Assembly: GCA_031367385.1 (NCBI GenBank) | Contig: JANLPS010000373.1 | Location: 1-64,000 of the forward strand | Direction of reading: 5' to 3' | DNA: 64,000 nt | Source of the DNA: Archangium sp. | GTDB taxonomy: Bacteria; Myxococcota; Myxococcia; Myxococcales; Myxococcaceae | In this document: piece by piece, positions 21,326 through 31,095 of the stretch | Numbering within the stretch: the first letter of the stretch is position 1 | Layout of the letters: each line of letters begins with the position of its first letter | Notes under the pieces: model-generated | Database searches by the model: none | What the model was told of the DNA's origin: nothing | Seen by the model: the letters and a program-made list of their open reading frames with translations, nothing else | Position numbers and translations under genes: made by a program

Positions 21326-22546
21326 TTAGAATTCGGCGAAGGTCACGCCACCGTCGGCGATTGACCGAAGCACCACGTAGTTGCCTCGGGTCCCGAGGAT
21401 CTCTCCGTCGCCGTAGGAGGCGAGGCGCACTTCGCGGTCGCTCGAGCTGACCACCAACGCGAGATCTTGCCGCTGCTGAGCCACGACGACGAGGGGCTCA
21501 TGTTCGACCAGCGGGCCCTCTGGCGTGTGGGCTGCGAAGGCCCACCCCTGGGCGATGGTGAAGGCCGAGGGCGTGACCCCATTGAACGGAGAACGCCAGT
21601 GTTCAGCGATCGGGCTCGAGCCCGTGTCGACCCACATGCCGTCGTCGTAGCTGATCAAGGAGCCGAACAGGCTGGTACAGTTGACTGCCTCGGAGTCTCC
21701 CGGCCCGCAGACGCGAGTCGCCGCCTCGCCTGTGAAGACCAAGCGAAACACGCCGCCGTCGCTCAAAAACACGTGGTCGTCGCCCTGCGCCTGAACCGGG
21801 CTGCTGATCAGCCCACCATCGAAGAAGTCGTACCGAGTGACGGTGCTCCCAAAGGCTTGCTTGAATGCGCGTATCGCGGTGTGCACCGTGGTGAAGCCGC
21901 GGTCACTGCGAGGCAGGGCCCCCGTGTTGACCACGGCATCGACCCGAAGCTCGCTGCCGGTGTCGGTTCTGCGGGTGAGCGCGGTGCCACTCGAAGACCA
22001 CACCGTGTTACCCAGCACCACGAGTTGCCCGCCATCGAAGCCAGCCAGGCCTCCGTCTTCGCGTTGAGCAGCGACGTGCCCGTCTATCTCGCAGAGCATC
22101 AACCCGTTGAGCGTTCTGAACGGCTGAGAGACGCAGTACCTCGCGTACTGCAGGGCGCTCGTGCTGGTGCGAGTCGTGTGCAAGCGCTCTTGGGCCACAT
22201 CGATGGGCACCTGCACCCGGCCCAGTGAAGGCTCGAAGGTGACGATCAACTGCCAGATGCCCGGCGCATCGGGCGTGAGCTCGATCTTCTCTTTGCGTGA
22301 GCCATAGGCGTTGTCGTACGAGCCGCTCGAGGTGACCGCCGCGAAGGGTTGGTTGTCAGGGCGAATCACCGAGATGACCGCGGTGGCGTTTTCGCCCTCG
22401 CACTGCACGAGCGGGCCCCAGACGTCGAGGGTGAGCCGCTGCCCGGTGATGCCGAACGCCTTGGCCGGGTTGACGCTCAAGGGCAACGGGCCACAGGTTC
22501 GGGCGGGAGGGCACCCTGACAGCGCGGCCAGGAGCGCCAGTAGCAA
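21326..22546 (-). CDS. Hypothetical lipoprotein (start uncertain; TTG 22546, or ATG 22565 if a 1-nt insertion follows it)
   Basis: LLLALLAALSGC lipobox; long open frame. Confidence 0.65.
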   Translation of the reverse strand: MLLALLAALSGCPPARTCGPLPLSVNPAKAFGITGQRLTLDVWGPLVQCEGENATAVISVIRPDNQPFAAVTSSGSYDNAYGSRKEKIELTPDAPGIWQLIVTFEPSLGRVQVPIDVAQERLHTTRTSTSALQYARYCVSQPFRTLNGLMLCEIDGHVAAQREDGGLAGFDGGQLVVLGNTVWSSSGTALTRRTDTGSELRVDAVVNTGALPRSDRGFTTVHTAIRAFKQAFGSTVTRYDFFDGGLISSPVQAQGDDHVFLSDGGVFRLVFTGEAATRVCGPGDSEAVNCTSLFGSLISYDDGMWVDTGSSPIAEHWRSPFNGVTPSAFTIAQGWAFAAHTPEGPLVEHEPLVVVAQQRQDLALVVSSSDREVRLASYGDGEILGTRGNYVVLRSIADGGVTFAEF

Positions 22547-22697
22547 GGCCGGGTGTGAACGACATGGGCGCCGGGCCTTCGATGAAAAAGCGGGTCGACG
22601 GGCCACGGACAGCGCTGAATTCACTGGCAATACCAAGAGGTTCGGGGCCGTCGCGAGCGCTTCTGAGAGTCCCGTTCCGCTCCAAGGAGCCTTCGGG

Positions 22698-23015
22698 TCA
22701 TCGCCGCCTGCGCCAGAGCACCAGGCCGAGGCCAGTACCGACGAGCGTCAACGAGCTGGTCGCTCCGCCACCGCACCCGGCGGCGTTGCGGGTGGGCTGG
22801 GGCACGCAGCGGCCGTTGACGCAGCTGGTGCGCAGGTCGCATTGGCTGCTGTCGAGGCAGGTGGCGTTGGGGTCGTTCTCTTCGCTGGTCATGTCGGCTC
22901 CGCCCGACCCGACCGACCCGTCGGGAATGCTGGGGAGCGAGCCATCGAAGTCATCGGCCCATGCGGCGGCGGAGGCGAAAAACAGGCACGTGGTGAGAAG
23001 AAGCAGGTGTTTCAT
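22698..23015 (-). CDS. Small secreted MYXO-CTERM protein with Cys-rich motif
   Basis: Signal peptide; CLDSSQCDLRTSCVNGRC; C-terminal GCGGG + TM + WRRRR sorting signal. Confidence 0.85.
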   Translation of the reverse strand: MKHLLLLTTCLFFASAAAWADDFDGSLPSIPDGSVGSGGADMTSEENDPNATCLDSSQCDLRTSCVNGRCVPQPTRNAAGCGGGATSSLTLVGTGLGLVLWRRRR

Positions 23016-23052
23016 CGCCAACCTCGAGGCATCAGAGTAATTTGAATCGGGC

Positions 23053-24387
23053 ATGGCGCCCACCATTCTCGTCGTCGATGACAACAAAGAGCTGGTGGCC
23101 CTGCTCACCTCGCTCTTCGAGGAAGGTGGCTACACCGTCGTCGGGGCCAATAAGGGCAAGACCGCGGTTGAGGTGGCGCGGTCGGAGGCGCCGCAGCTGG
23201 CGGTCATCGACGTGCTGTTGCCCGACATGATGGGCTACCACGTGGCTGAAGCGTTGCGGGTGCACGCGCCGAAGCTGATCTTGGTCTTCATGAGCGGGGT
23301 CTTCAAAGGCGGCCGCCACTCGAATGAAGCGATGACCCGCTTCCCCGGGTCGCTGTACGTCGAGAAGCCGTTCGACGCGAAGGCGCTGCTGGCCGAGGTA
23401 CGCAGGTTGGTGCCGCCACCCGCGGTGCCGCCGCCTCCGCCGACCACCTCGATGGCGGCCCCCTCTGACTTCGACGTCGAGCTCGACATCGATGTCGAAG
23501 ACGACGAGCAAGAAGCAATGGAGCTCACCGGGCGAATCAAGGTGACCGGCGGCGGCAACATCACGGCTGACCTTCAAGGCGCGGCGTTGACCGCGGGCAA
23601 GCACACCCGTGGGCCCGTGCACGGCACGCGGCCGGTGCAATCACAGGCCTCGGGCGTGGTGACGATGCCCAGCGCCGACCGCCCTTCGCGGCAGGGGCGC
23701 TTGCAAGACAACCTGCCCGGGTTGATCTCGGCCTTCTACCTGGCCCGCGAGACCGGCGAGCTGTACTGCCAAAAGGGCAAGGTGAAGAAGGTCGTGTACT
23801 TCGAGTCGGGCAACCCGGTGTTCGCGCTCTCGAACCTCGCCGCCGATCGCTTCGGGCAGTTTCTGGTGCGCGTGGGCAAGATCAAACCCGAGCAGCTCGA
23901 TGACGTCGCGGTGGTGGCGCAGCAGACGGGCCGTCGCACTGGCGATGTGCTGGTCGAGCGCGGCCTGCTCAAAGATACCGAGCGGCTCTATTACGTAGGC
24001 CAGCAGGTCAAGAGCATCATCTATTCGCTCTTCGGGTGGGAAGAGGCGCAGTTCGTGCTGACCTTTCGCGAAAAGGCGCGCTCCGAGAGCATCAAGCTCG
24101 ACGTCTTTCCCGGTAACCTGATCGTTCGCGGCATCAAGAAGCTCTACAAGCCCGAGCGCCTGGCGCGGTTGGTCAAGCCTGAAGACCGGTTGATGCCGAG
24201 CCAGCAGCCGGCGTATCAGCTGCACGAGCTCGAGCTCGACAAGTGGGAGGCCGGGTTGCTCTCACGCCTCGACGGCACGCGCACCAACGCTGAAGTGTTC
24301 GCGCTGTCGGGCAAGCCAGAGCACCAGGTTCGGGCGTTCTTGGCCGCGCTGCTGGGCGTCGAAATTCTCGAGCGTCGCGAGACCTGA
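23053..24387 (+). CDS. Response regulator with DUF4388-like C-terminal domain
   Basis: ILVVDDN...DVLLPDM...EKPF receiver; ETGELYC..GKVKKVVYFESGNPVFALSN...FGQFLVRVGKI. Confidence 0.9.
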   Translation: MAPTILVVDDNKELVALLTSLFEEGGYTVVGANKGKTAVEVARSEAPQLAVIDVLLPDMMGYHVAEALRVHAPKLILVFMSGVFKGGRHSNEAMTRFPGSLYVEKPFDAKALLAEVRRLVPPPAVPPPPPTTSMAAPSDFDVELDIDVEDDEQEAMELTGRIKVTGGGNITADLQGAALTAGKHTRGPVHGTRPVQSQASGVVTMPSADRPSRQGRLQDNLPGLISAFYLARETGELYCQKGKVKKVVYFESGNPVFALSNLAADRFGQFLVRVGKIKPEQLDDVAVVAQQTGRRTGDVLVERGLLKDTERLYYVGQQVKSIIYSLFGWEEAQFVLTFREKARSESIKLDVFPGNLIVRGIKKLYKPERLARLVKPEDRLMPSQQPAYQLHELELDKWEAGLLSRLDGTRTNAEVFALSGKPEHQVRAFLAALLGVEILERRET

Positions 24388-24399
24388 CCTTCGGTTTCG

Positions 24400-25281
24400 T
24401 CAGTTGACCCGGCAGTACCCGTTGAGCCCGCTGCTCACATCGCAGACCCCGTTGGCTGCGCACATCGACATCGCCGAGCAAGTGCACGAGAGGGCGGTGC
24501 AGCTCTGGCCCATCGGGCATGAATTGCCGTTGGCGCAGGTGCAGGTGCCGGTGAGGCGGCCTCCACCGAACGCGATGCTGTTGCAGGTCTGCGCAGCGCC
24601 GCAGTGCAGGCCGCAGCCGCCGCAGTTCATCGCGTCGCTCGTGGGGTTGACGCAGCTGCCCGAGCAACACACGCGGCTGCCCAACCCAGGGCAGGCCCGG
24701 GTCTCGCAATCAGGGTCGTCGCAATCGAAGAGCGTGTCGCCGTCGTCATCGAGGCCGTTGGCGCAGTTGGTCTCGGGTTGCCCTGCGTCGCGCCCAGACC
24801 CCGCATCGACCGCCGTGCCGGAGTCAGCGACGCCCGAATCCGTGATGAAGCCTCCATCGATTTGGCCCGCGTCGACCACGCCAGCGTCGGTGGGCTCGAT
24901 GGGCGTGCCCGCATCACAGGCCGCAAAGCAGTCGGAGTCGAAGCAGTCGAACTTGCCGTCGCAGTCATTGTCATGGCCATCGCCGCACGAGCGTTCGGCG
25001 GTGAGCTGCGGAGCGCCGCCGGCTTCGATGCAGGCGCAGATGCCGCGTTGGCAATACTGGGTTTGCGCTGCGTTGCAGGCGAGGCCTTCGCACTCGCTCG
25101 CTTCACACGAGACGACGGGGCAGCGGCTGGTCTTGGCCGGCTGGCACCGGCTGCTCAGACAGACATACCCGTCGATGCATTGATCATCGCGCACGCAGGC
25201 GAAGGTGCCAGCGGGGTTGGCCACGCAGGTGCACGCCGCGATGAACGAGCCGGCGAAGAGAACGACGAGGGCTCGAATCAC
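24400..25281 (-). CDS. Cys-rich myxobacterial lipoprotein
   Basis: Lipobox IAAC; CGDGHDNDCDGKFDCFDSDC and CANGLDDDGDTLFDCDDPDC repeats; D..NCGGCG..C. Confidence 0.85.
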   Translation of the reverse strand: MIRALVVLFAGSFIAACTCVANPAGTFACVRDDQCIDGYVCLSSRCQPAKTSRCPVVSCEASECEGLACNAAQTQYCQRGICACIEAGGAPQLTAERSCGDGHDNDCDGKFDCFDSDCFAACDAGTPIEPTDAGVVDAGQIDGGFITDSGVADSGTAVDAGSGRDAGQPETNCANGLDDDGDTLFDCDDPDCETRACPGLGSRVCCSGSCVNPTSDAMNCGGCGLHCGAAQTCNSIAFGGGRLTGTCTCANGNSCPMGQSCTALSCTCSAMSMCAANGVCDVSSGLNGYCRVN

Positions 25282-26696
25282 GGCGTGGCCTCGGCGGTGA
25301 GAATGAAGATCAAGAAGCTGGTCACCGCGAGCCCGGCTGCGACCCCGAGGGCGATGTTGGCCGTCGTCGCTTCGGTGCGTTGCCGACCGGCGAGCGCGAA
25401 GGCTTCACGTTGCGTGAGGTCGGTGATCAGCCCGGTGAGCGAGAGGCCGCTCAGGGTGCCCGTGTCAGCGCGAGCGGCGATGCCGAACCCGACGCCAACA
25501 CCCGCGGCCACCGCGGCCAGGCCAGCGAGGCTCAGCGCAAGGGGGGCTCTCCATGAATTGCCAGTGGCGGTCGCGAGCGAGATGCCGCTCGACGGCGTCA
25601 ACTCGGCGATGACCGGTGCGTCTGAGCCTCGGCCGGGTGAGAGCTGATCAGTCGCGCTGCCGACTGTGAGCACCACGCCGAGCTCTCCGAGCGCCTCGAC
25701 CCAATACCCGAGCACCTCGCTCGATTGATCAACCGTGAAGCCCGTGCTCTCGACCCAACCGCCCGGCGTTCGCACGTGAAACCGGGCCTGCTCGATCAAC
25801 CCCATGGTGTCGTTTTGCGGCTCGAGCACGAGGTGTGCGCCTCCCTGAGGCAGCACGGTGCCGAAGACCTTGACCGAGAGCGGGGGGTGCGCGGCGCTGA
25901 AGGCCTTCGCGGCTTGATAGGTCGCCATCGCCGGTTTGCACTCGTCGGGTGGCGAGACGTTGGCGTCGAGGAGAAACGATCTCTTCCACGCGGCGGAGGC
26001 CCGAGCGGCGTCTCCAGAGCGCGCGGCGGTGCACGCGTCGGCTCGCCAGGCTTTCAACACGCCGGCCCGGTCGAGCGCAGACGACGAGACTCTCATGACG
26101 GGCGCCGCAGGCCGTGGTGAGGCCCCCACTTTCAGCGGCGCTTTGACCGAGCCCAACGCACCCACAGCGAGGCCATTGGCGTTGAATGCCTCGACCCAGG
26201 CTTGTGCGAACCCGGCTGGCAGTCGAACGTCGACGGTCGGCTCAGGGGCGACGGAGATGACCCTCGAGCCTCCCAGTTCATGCACGTCGACGCGGGTGAC
26301 GACCGCCCAGGGGTCGAACAGCTCGAAGGCCAGGTGGCCCTCCGCGGCACCCTTGGTGAGGGTCATCTTCACCGTACCAGGGGGAAAGAGGGTGGCCTTG
26401 GCGGCGCGAAAGGCCTCCCGAATCTTCGGCGCGGCCTCGCCCGGCGCGGGTGCGAGCGGGTCTTTCTCGAGCAGCGCGGCGTAGGCGTCAGTTGCGCCAG
26501 GCAAATCACCGAGGGCGGCGCGGGTGCGCGCGAGCAAATCGAAGGCCTCGCGTCGCTCAGCAAGAGACTGCCCCGGTACCTGCGCGGCCAGGGTCAGCGG
26601 GCCCAGGGCCTTTTCGTACGCGAGTTGCTCGAAGTGTGACTTGCCCTCCGCGAGGTACGGGTTGGCCGCCAACAGCGTCAGCACGACGAGGAGCAC
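25278..26696 (-). CDS. TPR-like exported protein with C-terminal hydrophobic hairpin
   Basis: Signal-like N-terminus, helical repeats (ALGDLPGATDAYAALL), GTGA overlap with the downstream lipoprotein. Confidence 0.75.
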   Translation of the reverse strand: MLLVVLTLLAANPYLAEGKSHFEQLAYEKALGPLTLAAQVPGQSLAERREAFDLLARTRAALGDLPGATDAYAALLEKDPLAPAPGEAAPKIREAFRAAKATLFPPGTVKMTLTKGAAEGHLAFELFDPWAVVTRVDVHELGGSRVISVAPEPTVDVRLPAGFAQAWVEAFNANGLAVGALGSVKAPLKVGASPRPAAPVMRVSSSALDRAGVLKAWRADACTAARSGDAARASAAWKRSFLLDANVSPPDECKPAMATYQAAKAFSAAHPPLSVKVFGTVLPQGGAHLVLEPQNDTMGLIEQARFHVRTPGGWVESTGFTVDQSSEVLGYWVEALGELGVVLTVGSATDQLSPGRGSDAPVIAELTPSSGISLATATGNSWRAPLALSLAGLAAVAAGVGVGFGIAARADTGTLSGLSLTGLITDLTQREAFALAGRQRTEATTANIALGVAAGLAVTSFLIFILTAEATP

Positions 26697-26708
26697 CGAA
26701 AGCGGCCT

Positions 26709-27293
26709 TTAGTCGAGCGACAGCTTTTCGTTCACATCATCTTCGGTGAGCACCGGCTGCGGCAGCGTATCGAGCGCGGGGCGCAGCAAGTTCATCGCGG
26801 GCGCCACGTACGGCTCGACCTCGGGGCCCAGCTCACGCACGTAGACCTGGGTGACCTCGGTCAAGCGCTCGTCTTTCGAGGGGAAAGAGCCGCCTGCGCT
26901 GGCCGACCAGGCTTCACGGCCATCACTGCATCGCTGCAATGAACCGGTGAGCTCTGATTCGTACCCCTCAGCGCGCTTGACCATGGTGATGTGCAAGATC
27001 AGCGCGCCTTCGATGGCATCGTCGCCTCCACACACCTGCGCCAACGAGGTGGCCTTGTCGGCGAACACCTCGCGCTTGACCAGAAAGTCGCGCTTCAAGT
27101 TCACGTAGCGGCGCGCGACGCGGGCGATCATCTCGGCGGCTTTGGGGTTGCCGTCGGGCAGCGGCTCGACGATGACCGCGAGGCGTTTGACGGTGCGTTG
27201 ATCTTCTTGTGGCCAATCAGGGCGCAGGCTCGAGGCTTTCACCACCGAGCACGCACAGAGAGCCACCAGGCTGAGCACGAGGAGTCTGGACAC
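26709..27293 (-). CDS. Conserved lipoprotein (resembles the MXAN_6521/LA_1396 family)
   Basis: GTG start, LVALCAC lipobox, SVVK...KRLAVIVEPLP...ARRYVNLKRDFLVK; family name from recall. Confidence 0.7.
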   Translation of the reverse strand: MSRLLVLSLVALCACSVVKASSLRPDWPQEDQRTVKRLAVIVEPLPDGNPKAAEMIARVARRYVNLKRDFLVKREVFADKATSLAQVCGGDDAIEGALILHITMVKRAEGYESELTGSLQRCSDGREAWSASAGGSFPSKDERLTEVTQVYVRELGPEVEPYVAPAMNLLRPALDTLPQPVLTEDDVNEKLSLD

Positions 27294-27368
27294 GGCGTGC
27301 AGTGTAAAGCCTCCGGGCCTGGGTCGCTTTCTCTTTTCGCGTCTCGAGACCGGAGTACACGTGAAGCA

Positions 27369-27773
27369 ATGCATGCAGACCCAGCAGCTCCGGTGATTCT
27401 GGGGCTGGCCCTCATCTTGGTCAGCGCCAAAATCGGGGGCACCTGACGATTCGCTTCGGCGAGAACCCGTTTCTCGACATGTTCGCCCGATCACTCTCGG
27501 GGCTGATTCTTCTGCCGGCGGTGACGGCGATGATCTCCGCCCAGCGCACTGGAGCCTCGGTTGAGGTGGGTGCGGTGCTGATCATTTGCCTCAAGGCGAT
27601 CAGGTATCTGATTGGAGCGCTGGTCGTCGCTGGGTGCGAGGCCGATCGGTGCAGTACCGCTCGCTTCCGTGCTCTGTCTGGTTGCGATAGGCGGCAATTG
27701 GTGGGTGATGGTGCTGGTGACCACCGTCGTCACTCCGCCGTTGCTCACGTGGAGCCTGTCGAGAAAGCGCTGA
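27369..27773 (+). pseudogene. Heavily deleted remnant of a CPA2-type cation:proton antiporter
   Basis: Patches in different frames: MHADPAAPVILGLALILVSAKIGG; PFLDMFAR; GLILLPAVTAMISA...CLKAIRYLIGALVV; VMVLVTTVVTPPLLTWSL..stop. Confidence 0.65.
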
Positions 27774-27870
27774 AACTTCTTCGGGCCTCATCGCACTTTT
27801 CAACGCGTGCGTGCATTGGGGCGCGCACCTTCGTTCAACTCAAACACTGTTGTGTGAAAGCGAGTCTTCA

Positions 27871-28385
27871 ATGCGACTGAGGTCACTGGTGTGCGCAGTG
27901 TCGTTGTTGGTGGGCAGCTCGGGGTCGGCCAGCGAGCCGGTCGAGCGAAAGACGGTGGCGCTCGGCTCGAGCGAAGTTCGAGGTAGCGCGACCGCACCGG
28001 TCAGCCTGGTGGTCTTCTCTGATTTCGAGTGCCCGTTCTGCGCCCGTCTGGTGCCGACGCTGGCCGAGCTCGAAGCGAAGTATCAGGGGCGAATCAAGAT
28101 TGCGTTTCGGCAATTGCCCCTGCCATTTCATGCGCATGCGCGGTTGGCCTCGAGCGGCCGGCGCTGCTCTCGTATGCGAAGAAGCTCGAGCTCGATGTGG
28201 CGAAGTTCACCGCGGCGCTCGATTCGGGGCGATTCGACAAGCAAATCGACGCCGATGCGTCTGATGCCCAGCGGTTGGGAGCCACCGGCACGCCGACGGT
28301 CTTCGTCAATGGGCGCAGCGTCATCGGCGCCCAGCCTGTGAAGGCGTTTCAGACTGTCATCGACGAAGAATTGGCTCGGCGGTGA
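27871..28385 (+). pseudogene. DsbA-family oxidoreductase with internal deletion and frameshift near 28149
   Basis: Frame 1 FSDFECPFC...QLPLPFHAHARLA; frame 2 LERPALLSYAKKLELD...GTPTVFVNG; the usual intervening AEAA..QGKFW.MHD.LF block is absent. Confidence 0.85.
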
Positions 28386-28451
28386 CGGTTTTTCGGTGCT
28401 GACGGGCCTCCTGACTTGCGCCCGTCGGCCGGCTGCGGCAAGCATGGCGCC

Positions 28452-30476
28452 ATGCGGTTGATGATTGCTCTTGGGTTGGGCGTGCTCCTGGCGGGGTGCC
28501 CGACCACGCCCGCTGAATGTGTGCCTGGTGATCAAGTGCCGTGTTACCCCGGCCCCGCGGCGACCAAGGGCCTCGGGCAGTGTCGAACGGGTTCAGCGCT
28601 GTGCAATGCCTCGGGCAAGCCCGGCACCTGCGAAGGCGCCGTGCTGCCGAACGCTGAGCTGTGCGACGGCGAAGACAACGACTGCGATGGGTTCATCGAC
28701 GAGGGGGTTCAGAACGCGTGCGGAGGCTGCACCGTGCTCGAGCATTCTGTCGGCGCGCCGTGCCCGCCATGCGGTACGTATGTGTGCGCGGGGCTCGAGC
28801 TGTTGCAGTGCAGCGGCGGCGAGGTGAACAACTGCGGCCAATGCGGCAAACCAGACGTGCCGGGGCTGGGTGCCAAGTGCAACGCCGATGATGGGTGTGC
28901 CGGCATGACCGCCTGCCCGACCGATGGCGGCGTTCGTGCGGCCTGCGACGCGAAGGGCAAGAACAACTGCGGTGTGTGCGGGCAGCCGAACGTGCCGAAC
29001 GTGGGTCAGAGCTGCTCGACGGGCGGGTGCTCAGGCGTCTTGAAGTGCGACACCGCGGGCACTGGCTCTGCGTGTGGTGGGCCGGGCCGAAACAATTGCA
29101 ATGCCTGCGGGCAGCCCGACGTGCCGAACATCGGCGTGCGCTGTGAGTTGGCTGGCGTGGTGTGCGGCGTGCTGACCTGCAACGCCGCGGGTACGGGAGG
29201 CGACTGCAAGGCCTCGAGCGATGATCCCGACTCCGATGGTGTCGGCAACCCCTGCGACAATTGCCCCGACGTGGCGAACACCGCGCAGCAAGACGCTGAT
29301 CAAGACGGCAAGGGTGACGTGTGTGACAACTGCCCGCTGGTGGCGTCGACTGACGTGACCGACGGCGACCGCGATGGCGTGGGCGATGTCTGCGACAACT
29401 GCAAGACGGTGGCGAACCCCGATCAGGCCGACGCTGATCATGACGGCAAGGGCGACGCGTGTGACTCCGACGCAGACAACGATGGCGTCAGCAACGCGAC
29501 AGACAACTGCGTCTCGGTCGCGAACCCGTCGCAACTCGATACCGACAAAGACGGCAAGGGCGACGCGTGCGACAACTGCACGGGCAAGGCGAACCCCGGC
29601 CAAGAAGACGGCGATGCCGATGGCGTGGGTGACCTGTGTGACAACTGCTCGAAGGTGTCGAACGCCTCGCAGAGTGACACCGACTCCGACACGGTTGGCG
29701 ATGTCTGTGACAACTGTCTGGCGCTGAGCAACGTGAGCCAGCTCGACGCCGACAATGACGGGCGGGGCGACGTGTGTGACAACTGCCCGTCGATCGCGAA
29801 CGCAGATCAGTTCGACGCCGACGCCGACAACCGCGGCGATCTCTGCGACATCGTGATCAGCGAGTTTGCGGCCGCAGGGCCAGCGGGTGCTGACGATGAG
29901 TTCATCGAGCTGTACAACGGGAGCACCACCACGGTGAGCCTCGCCGGGTGGTTGGTGCAGTATCGGGCCACGGCGTCGAGCTCGGCGTGGTCGACGATCA
30001 GTGTGCTGCCCAAGACCGCGATGATCCCCTCGCATGGGTTTTACCTGTTCGTCTCAGGTGGAGCGGCTGGGTACAGCGGCACCACGCCGGCTGACTTCGT
30101 CGCGGTCACGACGTCGGGCACGCCCAAACCGATTCAAATGAAGAGCGACTCGGCGCACCTCCGGCTCGCCTTGCCGGGTGGTGGCGCGGCGGTGGGGCCG
30201 ATTGACGTGCTGATCAGTGACACGGTGGCCTACGGGTCGGTGGCGGTGGCGGGTGAGGGCGCTCCGGTGCTGGCGGCGCCCTGGGGTACGTCGAGCCCCT
30301 ACTCGTCGGGCAGCCTCGAGCGCAAAGCGACCGCGGCCTCGACCTCAGGGTCGATGGGCACCGCCGGAGCCGAGGCGACCGCTGGCAACAACCGAGACAG
30401 CAATTCGAACGTCGATGACTTCGTGACCCGAGCGTCGAGGCAGCCGCAGAGCAGCACGTCGCCGCAAGAACCTTGA
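28452..30476 (+). CDS. Lipoprotein with Cys-rich repeats, thrombospondin type-3 repeats and C-terminal lamin-tail domain
   Basis: LLAGC lipobox; many DxDxDGxGDxCDNC repeats; IVISEF...DEFIELYN...SLAGW. Confidence 0.9.
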   Translation: MRLMIALGLGVLLAGCPTTPAECVPGDQVPCYPGPAATKGLGQCRTGSALCNASGKPGTCEGAVLPNAELCDGEDNDCDGFIDEGVQNACGGCTVLEHSVGAPCPPCGTYVCAGLELLQCSGGEVNNCGQCGKPDVPGLGAKCNADDGCAGMTACPTDGGVRAACDAKGKNNCGVCGQPNVPNVGQSCSTGGCSGVLKCDTAGTGSACGGPGRNNCNACGQPDVPNIGVRCELAGVVCGVLTCNAAGTGGDCKASSDDPDSDGVGNPCDNCPDVANTAQQDADQDGKGDVCDNCPLVASTDVTDGDRDGVGDVCDNCKTVANPDQADADHDGKGDACDSDADNDGVSNATDNCVSVANPSQLDTDKDGKGDACDNCTGKANPGQEDGDADGVGDLCDNCSKVSNASQSDTDSDTVGDVCDNCLALSNVSQLDADNDGRGDVCDNCPSIANADQFDADADNRGDLCDIVISEFAAAGPAGADDEFIELYNGSTTTVSLAGWLVQYRATASSSAWSTISVLPKTAMIPSHGFYLFVSGGAAGYSGTTPADFVAVTTSGTPKPIQMKSDSAHLRLALPGGGAAVGPIDVLISDTVAYGSVAVAGEGAPVLAAPWGTSSPYSSGSLERKATAASTSGSMGTAGAEATAGNNRDSNSNVDDFVTRASRQPQSSTSPQEP

Positions 30477-30484
30477 GCCAAGGT

Positions 30485-31064
30485 TCAATGCTTCACGAGT
30501 AACGTTGGGTCGACGAGCGCCGTGGTGTCGAGGATCATCGTTTCGCGATCAACGCTGGCCAGCTTCGACCCATCGGCCGAGAGGTTCAGCGAACCGACTC
30601 GCAGACACGGCGAACCAAGGTGTTGGCGTGTTGATGGGGCGCTCCCACAGAGGGGTCGCGGCCCCTTTCTTCCACACTCGAACGACCGCGCTCTTGGCCG
30701 TGCTCGTGTTTTCATTACTCTCGACCGACGGCGATCTCACTGCCCGTGTCGAGCGCAGTCACCCGTATTTGCCCCTTGGTGTAAAGCGCCGCGACGCGGG
30801 CATCACTCGAAGTCGCCGAGGTGCCAATGGGGTACCCGCGGCCGTGAACCGGTATGAAAAACTGCGGTCAACGGCGCCCGTCGTCACGTCTCACACTTGA
30901 AATTCGGTGCTGGTTTGTACCGCGAGGTGGGTCGCGTCGATGAAGTGCTTCGAGTTGACGGTGTTGAGCTGTGCCGGCGAATGCTCCGCGAGCACCTTGC
31001 GATCGAACGAGCGCTGCGTGCAGCCGAGCACCGCGAAGAAGGGAATACAGACCCAAGGCCTCAT
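30485..31064 (-). pseudogene. Degraded WD40-like repeat lipoprotein
   Basis: MRPWVCIPFFAVLGC start; FQV*DVTTG (TGA at 30891-30893 in place of W); further blades in other frames (SSDARVAAL..GQIRV..LDTG; VVRVWKK; LSADGSKLAS). Confidence 0.6.
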
Positions 31065-31095
31065 GACCGACGACAGGACATCACCAGCTCGAGGG

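Noticed and set aside
30891..30893. TGA recoding to Trp or Sec
   Set aside because: Other genes use TGA as stop and TGG for Trp; the region also has frameshifts, so a nonsense mutation is simpler.
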